Program-made: the position numbers and the translations under genes
In this document: one piece after another, positions 1 to 10,838 of the stretch
How the letters are laid out: each line of letters begins with the position of its first letter
How positions within the stretch are numbered: the stretch's first letter is position 1
NCBI GenBank assembly: GCA_050084515.1
Contig: CM114271.1
Coordinates: 496,001 to 560,000 of the forward strand
Direction: 5' to 3'
From: Blasia pusilla
Taxonomy: Eukaryota
Length of the DNA stretch: 64,000 nucleotides
The notes under the pieces: model-generated
Databases searched by the model: none
What the model was told of the DNA's origin: nothing
The model's input: only the letters and a program-made list of their open reading frames with translations

Positions 1-1710
1 AAGCCTAGTTTGTTTCCTGGCTTCCCCTCGTTGTGGATCCAACTCTACGGCTGCTCCACGCGTCACAACTGCGGCTGCCTCCATCTGGACAACCCCGCAT
101 ATCCAACCAGGATCCTCCATATCTCTGGCTGCTCCATATGATGTCGATGCCACGGATCCGACATCGGGTTATCTCAATGCCATAGCGGCAATCCGGTCAT
201 GTAGCTGGTGTATCTGAGCAGCCATCCTAGCCTCACGCCCGACATCTCCCTCGACGCGTCTAGGTGGTAGGACTCTACCTCCTCCACTGGCAGCTCCACC
301 ACCGTGTCGGGCAACTCCATCTCCTCGTCCCCCAACAGGACCACCTGGTGTACGATCTCTAGGCCCACCTGGACCGACTACTCGCTCTCGTGCCCTCTCT
401 GGCCCTCTGTCCAGACGTAACTCAAGATGTAAACTGAAACACCTGGCGCGTGTATGACCATTCCTCTGATAATAGTCACACTGATAACCTCTTGGTGCAG
501 CACCATCTCCTCCTCCATGCTGAGGCACACGTCCATGATTTTGACGAGTGCAATCGCGCTGATGATGGGCTCCACCACATGACCAACAAGTAATAGTAGG
601 CGGCTGTTGCTGAGCCGCATATGAAGGCACAGGTGTCTGTGGCACGGCCTCCCGGTATCCTCCCTGAGCTCGTGGTCCCACTATCGACCTATCTCGGAGT
701 CCACGTTGTTGCACAAGTGGTGTAGACAATCGCGACTGCTCTCGCCCAGAACCCATGGTGGCTACGCTCTCCTCCGCCATGTTGCGCTCAATATTCTCGG
801 CAGTCCTAAAAATATTTCTCAATGTAGGGGAGGTGTTCATAAGAAGCACTCCCTCCCGCACCCGTGTCCGCAGGGTCCGGTCCAGCTTTGCGTACCATGA
901 CTGGATAGCCTGAGCCTCTGTCACCCCCTGAGTGACGTTGATCAACCGGCGCAAGCGAGTATAAGCCTCACGCAAACTCTCACTCGGGCGCCTCTGGAAG
1001 TCGTGGATGGTCCGCAACTTCTTCGTCCGTACCCCTAGGTAGCTCACCCTCAACTCAGCAAAGAACTCAACCACAGGGTTGAACCTGGGACGAACCCGAC
1101 TACATGGTGCAACTGCTCCCGTGCGAGTGATCCCTCCTAAAATGTCACTAGTGGAAGAGGAAGTTTCCTCTCGTGACTCCTCCTCCTCATCTGGGAACGG
1201 CTCCGTCCATGACACATAATGTAGGTCATAGTAGAGCCTCCACGCCTCGATCTCACGTACATATCTCTGAGAGAACTCATGGTAATCGTCCATGGGCGCC
1301 CCCTCTAAATGTTAGAACATACCATTCTATGCTGTAAACCGGTTGAACTCTCTAAAGTTCCTAGCCAGTTGGGAGTCGCACCAACTCCTTAACTCTGCTA
1401 TGAAATCGTGCAACTCAATCGTACCTACTGCACCTGAAAACCTACGCGTTCCTCTACCCCCGTCGTCCATCTCGTCCGCCCAACTGGTAGGACCACTCAC
1501 AATGTGTAGCGATATGCTCACAAACTCCTCTACACCCTCCCCCTCGTCTGACGATGACACAAAAGGAGGTCGAGGTGGTCCCTCACGTGGAGACCCTTGG
1601 AACCTCGCGCCACTCCGCGTAAAACCTCTACAGCTACTCTCGGGTTCACCACCTCGCCTCTCAAAGTCCCGAACGGACGCCGTGATGACCCTCGCGCCCC
1701 TCTCACCCAA
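1..1710 (-). mobile_element. Ty3/gypsy LTR-retrotransposon gag (start of gag-pol), pseudogenised
   Basis: ORFs 1327-1710 and 169-1293 are in the same frame, separated by two in-frame stops (TAG 1327-1329 and TAA 1312-1314, restorable to ...FTAWNGMFQHLEGAPMDDY). A retrotransposon-gag-like core (QRRPSESLREAYTRLRRL) and two Zn-knuckle-like motifs (CWSCGGAHHQRDC; degenerate CDYYQRNGHTRARC) are present. The frame stays open past the stop at 169 to the window edge (AAVVTRG). Confidence 0.85.
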
Positions 1711-2584
1711 TTACTCTCTCCTTGCGAATAATCCCTCAATCACTCATCCCAAACATGCAGCACTCGATCTACACTCTCCCTCCCGTAGACGTGTAACGTG
1801 CGGCAACAAGCGGCGTGGTCCGGAAAATCAACCAGGCTATCATCTCATCGACAACCTACCCTCAACTGTGGACATGCCACACATGTCTATGTCCCCTTAA
1901 CCACATACATAAATAATGCTCTCAACATCCACACACCCAATATCCGCAAATAAGCTACCAAAATCCGAGAATCCCTCACACGTGCAGGGTAACAACCTGA
2001 ATGGGTAACCTGAACACATATCAAAGTTGGTCCTCAGCAATTGCAAATTTCGACCCCAACTCGGTCGTGGAGACAACTCCTCCAATCAGCAAGTCATACT
2101 CCTCCCGAACAGACGTTGCTCAAAACTCCTCGATAAATAGTGCTGTTCCAGCAGAACGGTGCGACGTTGTAGGCGGCACCGAAAGGCACGGCCCTCGATG
2201 GTGGGATGCGGCACTTGGCGGCATACCCTCCTCAATCAACAATTAACCCACACTCTGCTCCATAATTACGGAGCGGCTCCGTGATCGAGATGGTGCGGTG
2301 CGGCCATAAGCGGCACGGCACGGCAATCAACGGCGCGTTGCGGCTACGGGCGTCACGACACGGTACTCGATCGTCGTCGAGTGGCTGCCAATCAAAATAT
2401 AGCAGCATGAAATCAAAACTCAAACACCATAACCGGAGGTCATCTGCCATCACTGGTTGATGACGAAACTACGATGACGGTGGCGGCCAAAACAAAGTAC
2501 GTGGTGGCGACGCAAGTCAGAGAATCAACGAACGTCGTGGAAGACCCTCCACTCCGTAACGGCGGCAATGGCAACCAAGGGGTG

Positions 2585-2715
2585 GACAACGGACGGTGGA
2601 CCATTGACGATGATGGTTGACCATTGATGGTGACGGCCGACCGGTGACGGTGATGGTTGACTGTTGACGATGACGGTTGACCATTGACGGTGACTATGAC
2701 GGCGACGGCCATCAC
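2585..2715. repeat. Degenerate short tandem repeat (GACGGT/GATGGTTGACCATTGACG units)
   Basis: About 4 imperfect copies of gacggt(g/t)gaccattgacg-like units are visible directly. Confidence 0.6.
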
Positions 2716-3230
2716 CGGCATGGCGGCTGGTTTAGAATTTGAACAATTTAACCCTAAAAATCGCCTAGCAATGGCAATTTTGCAAGATTGATCATAACTT
2801 TTTGCTCGCAACTCCAAATCGCGCATTGTTTCTTGCATAGCGTGCACACCTTCACGAAAATTTCAGTAAAAACTGATGGGGAATGTTGTAAAGCCCAATG
2901 TCTCTTTCTCCTACACAGAATTCGGCAACGCTTCTGCGTTGATTTCTCCCAAAGAAAATGTAAAACCTATGAAAATTAGCAAGCTACATGGTGCTCTGGA
3001 GAGCACCGGCATGGGAAAACCTGCCCCCATTATCAATCCCTATGAGAAATTAGGCAGCGCTTCCGCGCGCCACTCTTCCACACAAAAAATCGGCAAATGC
3101 AAAGAACAATCAAAGCAACCCTTGCTCCGATGAGCACTCCCATGAGCCGCTGAACGGGGAACACGGTCTCCAACGTGCAAAAACAGCGAGTGACCAGCGA
3201 GCTCCCCCATGAAGCTCTCTCACTCTCTCA

Positions 3231-3592
3231 TTCTCTCTTTGTAAAGTAAGATCCAATCTCTCTCTACCCCCTCTCACACCATAGCTCTCAAAGGTGTGCA
3301 CTCTCTCTCATGTCAAACCAAACCCACTCTCCTAATGAGAGGTTTGGGTTACACTTACTTGGCAAGGGACTACAGATCCGCCGCCTCATGCCAAGAGGTT
3401 CAACAAAGAGAGAATGAGCTCTCAAGCTCTCTCCTTGAAGTATACGCCTCCCCTCTCCCAAGCTCTCTCCATGGTAACCTAATCTCCCAAGTCACCTCCC
3501 TGGCTCTTGACGTGATGTAGGAGGTCAAGGGCCATTTACCAAAAATAGAAAGTCGATCATATACTCAAAATGGTACTTACTTAAAATAGTTA
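3231..3592 (-). mobile_element. Partial copy of the gypsy LTR family ('A' portion only)
   Basis: High identity to the reverse complement of ~31305-31640 (tgtcaaaccaaacccactctcctaatgagagg...ggttcaacaaagagagaatgagctctcaa...ccatggtaacct). Same orientation as the gag at 1-1710. Confidence 0.85.
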
Positions 3593-5039
3593 ATTTTTCA
3601 ATATGATTCCAATAATAATTGGCGACCATATATGCATAATAAGACAAGATAGCAGGACAACAAGACAAAATAGGCAACACTCTTGAATTTTGTTGCCTTA
3701 GCTCCGTTAGATGGGTAGAAATAGAAAAAGGAAACGAATAGGAATTGTATGGAATATATATTAATCAATTAGTAATTAATTTAATATTATAATGGGTGAT
3801 TATAAATATTAATAAAATAGAATTAATATGATAAATAACCAAAATTTTAGAATTTTTACCTCAATTCATATTTGATGGAGAAAGGAATAAATATTTAATG
3901 GAGGAGTAGATTTTGTTTAAATTTTATGGAAAGATAAAATTACTTAGTGTATTGGGATATCATTTAAATTTGAATGGAGGATTATAATTACTAAGAATAG
4001 TGAAATTTTATTACTCTTCTAAGATTTTAGAAAATAGAAATCATATTTAAAATTTGAAATAAATAGTATGATCAGTTTAAGAAATAATTATATTAATTCA
4101 CATGTTAGATTTTGGGAAAGGAAAATAAATTTGAACGGAAGAGGAAAAGTTTGAATTTGTGTACAACATCATTAATCCCTTCGCTAACAAAAGTTCTTTA
4201 AACACTTTTTTATTTTATGTGCATCGCAGGGGTACCTTACTAATAAAAAAATGAGCAAGTTTATATAGGGGAGGATGGAAGGAAGAGAATAAATCTTTCA
4301 TTCTTTTTCCTCATCTACCCTCACTTACTATTTATTCCTTAATCATTTCTACTAATCAACATTAACCAAATCTTATTTTGTTCTCTTAATATTAATCTTC
4401 TCTCAGCCATTCCTACTTCTTTATCGATGCTGATTTGTAACTAACATATTTTCTAAAACAACCACCTTATTCAATCATTTTTTAACGTTCTCCCTTCCTC
4501 TCTCCACCTCTTCTATCCCCACTTTTTTAACCACTTTCATTTGCAACTAACCTATTCTCTAGTACAGTCACCTTATGCAATTATATTTTAATCATCTACT
4601 TTCTTTTTCATCCTCTCAAGTGCCTTCAATAAAAATTAGAATCCTCTCCTATACCTATATACGACCCGCATACTCCAACCGCACTCAAGCCCGTATGGGT
4701 CTCGTGTTTAAGCCCGCACCTGGCTTTGCAAAGCTCGCTATGGGTGTTAAGACTTGCCAGACCCTCTGACAGTGTCTTGAGCCTCAACCTACATTACCCA
4801 CATGCTCCAAACCTAGGCTTGCAAGTAGCCTCCATGATCCGCACTAAAGCCTGCACCTTGCCACGCCTACCTTCAACCCGCCATACCTGCGTGGGGGCTT
4901 ACTAGTCATCCGCATCACGCCCGTAGCCCGTCTTTAGCTCGCACCCTGAACTACACCCTTCATCCTAGCCCACACATGTTCTCGCATCAGCCCACACGGG
5001 GGACCCGGAGTGATGATCGGTTTCGCATGTTTGTGGACA

Positions 5040-5550
5040 TATCCGTCCTATGGACGGACTTGTCTATTTTGGTGCAACTTTGTGAATATGGTGGTTACAT
5101 GATTGGAGAGGGTTATGCCACCATATTTTATGATTGCTCCATTCGATGAGGAAGTTATATATGATGGATGCCTTTTGTGGAGCACTACATGTGTAGCTTG
5201 AAGGGTGTGGTCTATAATTAAGCGTGGGTGGAGGATAGTATTTCAAAAGGGTGCTTGCTTGCTTTCTAATGTGTTGTTCTATACAACAAAGTTGATTGGT
5301 TATCTTCATCTTTAAGCACATATCCTATGGAATGGGGTAAACGAGGTCATTGATAATGATAGTGAGATAGCATATGAATCATGCGCATGATTCAAATTGT
5401 CTAATGTTGTAAAAATCACATACATATGCGCACACTTATTCTTATAAATGAATTTTGTATAATACTTGGTTGAGGCAATACAATACGGAGAGACGCATGA
5501 TGGACATATAAGATTACACGGAAATGGACAAGTCCGTTCATGAGATGGAA
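5040..5550. mobile_element. Putative non-autonomous TIR element (GGACA/TGTCC-rich family)
   Basis: tccgtcctatggacggacttgtc (~5042-5063) and ggacaagtccgttcatgagatgga (~5526-5549) are imperfect inverted repeats. The same motifs occur at 52155-52460, 60452-60753 and ~61005-61250. Confidence 0.45.
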
Positions 5551-6775
5551 GTGCCCAATAGATCCTTAGCTTGTCCCGAAACACATAATGTAGACCCGAG
5601 CTGGTTGAACCCGCGCCCATATCATAACCCGCAAAAGCTCGCGTGAGTTCAACCGTGAGCCTTAGACGGGCATCATGCAACTAATAGATTCATCCTTCCC
5701 GAACGTTTAAATTTTGTTCAAGTACGTACAAACGAGGGGAAGATTATTAATAATATACCCCCGTTTAGTTTGTGTTTCGTTTCTGAGGCAATCATGTTAC
5801 ACGTTTTAGTATGGGCGTCAATACGGTTTCGTGTGGGTGTGTTTATGGAGTCAAAAATTTAAATCCCAAGAACGCAGGAATTAAAAAATGTTCCCCATAA
5901 ATAAAGTCCAGCATAAATATGAAAAAAGAATGCATTTAACACAGGTAAACAGGAAACACATTAAAATTTTGAAGTAGTAAGATTCCAGGGACAGGTTGAA
6001 ATCCGTTAGCATGAGTCCCGAGGAGGATAAGTCGTTTCCGTCCTTGAGAGGCGCCGCCACTCGTGTTAAGACATGAATTAGGCCGCTAAGTGGATTAGTC
6101 GTTCTGTAACGAGGGTCGTACTCGGACGCTGAGGCCTGCGGACCGGATCTACCGATCGTAATGTGTATCCGACTTTGACGTATCCGATCAGATCGCCAAG
6201 GAGGAGACAGCATGCATGATGATGAGAGTACAGGCATCTCGGCCTACCAGTAACTTTACGTCCACTTTTCACATAAGTCTTCCCGGTGGGCAGCTGTTGC
6301 TCAGCGGCGGGACTTTATGGACACGCGTCTCCGCTGTGTTGACTATTTTTCGTTGATCGTGCCGCCGGCGACTGGGACAGCCGTTGTCGACGGACGGACG
6401 GACGGACGGCCGGACGGTCGGTCGGTCTAGGCATACGAACAACGCCGACGTCGTGGTCGCTGGCTGGGTCGACGCGAGCATATCCGAGCCTGCGCGTCCG
6501 ACTCCAACTCCAAGTGGCGCTTGCGACTCCCGACAAACTAGCGCCCGACGACCGGCTAGTGGAAACGGTGACTTGTTTCCACGCCACAACAACTGTCTCG
6601 CTCGCGCCGTAGTCAGACTCACAGAGACTGTCACAGACTGACTGTGTAATGGAAGAGAGTGCACGGTAGGTATCACGTTGACACGTACCGCGGACTAGCG
6701 CTAGACTAGGAGCCGAGTGCGGGCGTCGTTTAGCGGTAGTGACGACAGACATTTTGGCGGCGGGTGCGTGTCCTG

Positions 6776-6845
6776 CTATAAATCCCGCAGATGAACAGCC
6801 TCGGGAAATTTCAGTCTCTCTCTCTCTTTCCTCTCTCTATCCTCC
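6776..6845 (+). promoter_or_regulatory. TATA box plus pyrimidine (CT)-rich initiator region
   Basis: CTATAAAT at 6776-6783, followed ~30 nt later by tcagtctctctctctctttcctctctct. This is the typical plant Pol II core promoter/Y-patch layout. Confidence 0.6.
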
Positions 6846-7840
6846 TCATCCGCTCTCATTCCAGCTCACAAAGGCATCAGGCGAGTGAGCGATTTTCCCG
6901 TGTGTCTTTGCGGGCGAATCTCTAAGACCTACCTGGAGAGTCGGGGCGAGGATCCGAAAGGACAGAGATGCGGGAGTCGATGCGAAGAAGAGAGCGAGCG
7001 GCGGTGCACCAGAGCTTGAAGGGAAGGGAGGAGTCGTGCATTGATACATGAACCCGAAGAGGAAGAGAACCAGCGCACCTGCGAAGGAGGGAGAACCTGG
7101 AAATCTGAGGTCGAGGAGTCTTTGTGAAGGAGAGGAGTGGATAGGACGGGGCGGGACGGGACGAGGAAAGGAGAGGGTGTAGTTGCGCAGGACGAGCAAT
7201 CTCCAATTTCGGAAGTAGTGGATTCGTTTCCAGAGCCTCGTGCGGTGGTGACCGACGGCAGTGGCAGCCGAAGAGAGAGAGAGAGAGAGAGAGTGATAGA
7301 GAGTTTCGGGACGACGAGGAGAAATTTTAGAGCGTCTGATTGCGCGTGTGTCTGGTCTGAATAATCTCCGGAGCCCCTTGCCCATTACAGGGTAATCTGC
7401 TGGAGGATTCATTCCGGCCTCCGACTCCTCAGCAGCGGCACGGCAAGGGTCACTTGGAACGGACCGGATCGACGCTGAGGCGAGCGATCGAGCGCATTCC
7501 GCTGCGCAGACGAGTCTGTCTTCGAATCGCTTACGTCTGTTCTAGAATTGGACTCGAGCGCGCAGCGCCTTGCCGCGGCTGTGCGAACTCACACCGAGGA
7601 CGTGGGATCTCCGGTTGGGTTCGCGAAGCGCAGAGCTGACAGAGTAAAGAAGAGGTTGGGGAGAGCGCTCGGGCTCATGGTGCGGTGTGATGCATTCCCG
7701 ACAGGAGTTGTGGTAGTAGTGTAGTCGGAGTGGACTAATGTCCGACTCTTGCGTTTCTGATCGGTCGCTGCTGAGACGGATCGACTCGATCGCTTGGTGG
7801 GGTCGGCTGCATCCTTGGACAGCTGTTTCGACTCGCACTC

Positions 7841-8560
7841 ATGACGTCTTCTAGCGGTTTCTGGGCTGCCTGTGTTCAGTGTCGCTGGAAAGCCGTGTCA
7901 ACAGCCTGTGCTGTCTCCCAGAGTTCTCGCGGTCCATACCATCGCCATTGCGGGTGCGCTCTCCATTTCCTTCCCCATCATTCCCCGACATTTTCACAGC
8001 CGAGCTGCATCACAATGCGAAGGAGCGGAATGTTCAGATCACTTTCGTTAGAGAATCTGGAAGAGAAGGCTTCGTCTGCTTGCGGCCGTGGTCTGTGCGG
8101 TGCGTGTAACGATAGGGATTTGTCCATCGAGTACACGCACAGCTCTTCGGTGCCACCGGAGGGCGCGGAGTCTCCAGGCGATGACAGAAATCGGATTCTG
8201 GAGTTGATGTGGGAGTTGTTCGCGATTCTGATATGTGAGATCGCGCTCAGAGGTCAGCTCTCGGTCGAAACTCGTCGGCAGGTTGACAACGAGAGTAAAT
8301 TGCTAAATCTGTGGGGAGAAGGAAGGGAAGTCATGCCCTCTCGCAAGCTCGTGAGCAGCAGTCGTGGGATAATTCCTGCCGGCTCATCAAGCCCTAATTC
8401 GGCGGGTCCTCTCCGCCCGGCAGCGTCACCGGTCCGACAATTATCGTCCGTCGTTCCGCAGCGATTGGGTGATGGCGGCCGCGACCGTCTACAGTTGCCG
8501 AGGCTCGTGGCCGGCGCAGGTGGTCGGTCGAAGCTTTCGAGGGCAATACTACGGCAATGA
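7841..8560 (+). CDS. Hypothetical 239-aa ORF of uncertain coding status
   Basis: Longest + strand ORF in the putative transcript. It has an ATG start and is Ser/Arg/Gly-rich, with no recognisable domain. It could be a chance ORF in GC-rich DNA. Confidence 0.25.
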   Translation: MTSSSGFWAACVQCRWKAVSTACAVSQSSRGPYHRHCGCALHFLPHHSPTFSQPSCITMRRSGMFRSLSLENLEEKASSACGRGLCGACNDRDLSIEYTHSSSVPPEGAESPGDDRNRILELMWELFAILICEIALRGQLSVETRRQVDNESKLLNLWGEGREVMPSRKLVSSSRGIIPAGSSSPNSAGPLRPAASPVRQLSSVVPQRLGDGGRDRLQLPRLVAGAGGRSKLSRAILRQ

Positions 8561-8600
8561 TGCATAAGCTATGCAAATAACCATAGAGCTAGCGGCTCAT

Positions 8601-8623
8601 GGAGCTCCAGTCACTCAGTCCAA
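8601..8623 (+). promoter_or_regulatory. miR319/miR159-complementary site with central bulge (candidate target mimic)
   Basis: GGAGCTCC-agtcac-TCAGTCCAA versus the perfect complement of miR319 (UUGGACUGAAGGGAGCUCC), GGAGCTCC-CT-TCAGTCCAA. miRNA nt 1-9 and 12-19 pair perfectly, and 6 nt lie opposite nt 10-11. Confidence 0.6.
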
Positions 8624-10572
8624 AGCTGGTTTACTTCATACCAGGGCAGGAATCGCTGTGAGGGTATACTGTCCAGCACCGAATAGTTAGCCAAGTAGTT
8701 CGAATCGTCAACTTTAGAATTCTGGACTGGAAGTCCTGTCCGTGAATGTTCAGTAGTCGTAGGTATTATTCTCGTCCACCGATTGACTGTCAGCTCCTCC
8801 GCGCGTGCCCATCAGGCTACCGATGTGGATGTACAGCAGAGTAGTAACAGCCTCTCCAGCTCTCGGCTCTCACCGCCACCAGGAATTGAGAATTGATGTT
8901 GGTCTTCGGGGAGGCGTGCAAATCTAGACCTAGGCACATTGAGGACGGCCTGTATTGACGAGAAAATCGGCTCATACAGAGAAGAATCTCTGCCGCGCGT
9001 AGCAGTAGTCCTTTAGGGTGAATGCAATACGATACTACAATGCAGCCACCAGCCCTTCAGATTCCACAGTAGGAAACAGAGTTCCACGTTGCAATCCTGT
9101 TTCAGAGATGCGACACCTTTTTCCTGGGCCCGTTATGGATGGGGCTCGGTGCTCTATGCATCTCACCTGAGAATCTGCAGAGCTCAAAAGATATCATCAC
9201 CATATTCTCACGTCTGTTTTCGGTCCCGAGGTCCCTCCTTTCATAGCCACACACCGTCTGTTTCTTTGCCGTTTGTTGGAATGAAAATCAGGGATACTCT
9301 CAATCCAGGCGATGCCAATTTCGTTCGCTGAAGAGCTACGTGTTTTCCTTGCTCGCACGTTTGTCAAATTTCATCATCCCCAGTCACCCATTCATTCATT
9401 CATTCATATTAGTGATGTTTGCGTGCCAATCTGTATCGTCACTTTCCCATTCGTAAGCATGTTCGTCCACCGTCGAGGATTCAAATTGATTGGTCAAAAA
9501 GCATTTATCGGAAGACCATTCACGAGCGAGTCTGGGGAGACGAGAACTGTAACGCTGTCTCATATGCGATTCCTTTTTGTAAAGAACCTCACTCGGATGG
9601 GGTTGTGTTTCACGCGACTACTCCCGCCTCGCGCTGCCATGCCCGGGTTGGTGACTTTGCATGTGATGGAGAAGGCTCCGTTAATTTCGCGGTAAGGTGG
9701 GGTCCTGGAAGCTGCAGGCGCTGCCTTGCAGCCAACCGGCTAGCTGGGAGCCTGCCTGGCTCGGAAGCGGACGTTGGGCGCGGGGCCGGTTTCTTAACGT
9801 TTCGCCTGCTCCGCTGGCTGTGGGAAAGGGTGCCGCAGCGCCGGCCCAGTCGCCCAGCTGCGGACCGCTCGGCTCGTCTTCCAGCGGCGGCTCTTGAAGT
9901 ACTCGACCTGACCTCGCTGCACGGAACGGGCCCGAGTCCTTAGAAGAAGAAAAAGCCCACGGTGCTGGTCTGGCGCCCTGTCCTGACCTGCCCTGCCCTG
10001 CTCTGCCTGCCGGGCCTCTGCCCGAGACTGTACAGTCGTAGTGCCCAGCTGCCCATCACGCTGTCCTTTGCTGTTCGTCGCCGCGCCAAATTTCAAAGCG
10101 AGCGAGAAGGGGGAACGTCTCGTAAACGCCCATCCCGGAAAGGCGTGTGACTCCGGCTCTCGCTCAAAAGCGAGACTTTTCCTGCTTGCCGCCTGTCGTA
10201 CGATTCTCTCCGGGAGGACGATCGTTGCAACGGGTCCGGATGAATGAATGAATGAATGAATGGCACTCTCCTATGGTCGAATCAAACAAGCGCCGTTGGC
10301 AGCAAACGTCGTTTCTTAGGTACATAGATCCACTCGTGCATCAATAGGGCGTATCGTGTAGACCTAAGGACGTCCTCCCTCTTTCCGATGTCATTGTATT
10401 TTTATGTTTCTCTAAATAACTTTCTACGAAATAATACCTCCACTTTTTGGGACCTTGTCCCTTACGGGGGCCGTGAGATGTTCTGCGTCCAATATTTCTG
10501 GGCACAAAAAATGTTTAAACGATCTGGATAGTTGGGCATTACTACTTGTCATATCTGTATTTTGACTATGGT

Positions 10573-10838
10573 GGAAGGTCAAGTCGAGTTGGGAAGGGAA
10601 GATACATTTACTAGTCAAAAGTCTAAATCTAAAAACTTGTGAATGACTCGGACTTGACTTCCTACTTCCCACTTGTCTTCTCTAGGAAGAAACCTTACAA
10701 TGGGATTAGAAAATCACTAGAAGGTAAAGTCGAGTTGGGAAGGGAAGAGACATTTACTGGTCAAAAGTCTAATTTAAAAACTTGTGAATGACTCGGACTT
10801 GACTTCCTACTTTCCAGTTGTCTTCTCTAGGAAGAAAA
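10573..10838. repeat. Direct duplication of a ~118-bp unit
   Basis: gaaggt(c/a)aagtcgagttgggaagggaaga...ttgtcttctctaggaagaaa occurs at 10573-10691 and 10721-10838, near-identical. Confidence 0.85.

Larger units (their letters stand above)
6810..9400 (+). ncRNA. Putative Pol II lncRNA or small-ORF transcript carrying a bulged miR319/159 site; boundaries approximate
   Basis: GC-rich, TE-free stretch downstream of a TATA/Y-patch with no recognisable protein domain. The sense-orientation miR319-complementary site is at 8601-8623. The 3' end is a guess. Confidence 0.35.

Noticed and set aside
1343-1900. 185-aa + strand ORF
   Set aside because: Antisense shadow of the gypsy gag region.
8284-8295. 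TGACAACGAGAG, resembling the 5' end of miR535
   Set aside because: Only 12 nt match and no complementary star arm was seen.
8597-8745. Possible MIR319 precursor hairpin (8601-8623 pairing with tctggactggaag...tccgtga at ~8721-8745)
   Set aside because: The 3' arm lacks an intact miR319 sequence, pairing is limited to two short blocks and the intervening sequence does not form a long stem. A decayed precursor cannot be fully excluded.
9753-9762. TGCCTGGCTC, resembling the 5' end of miR160
   Set aside because: Only a 10-nt match and no hairpin; expected by chance.
10573-10838. Direct repeats as a CRISPR-like array or TRIM element
   Set aside because: Only two ~118-bp units separated by 29 nt, with no spacers, TG-CA ends, PBS or PPT. 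The context is eukaryotic.
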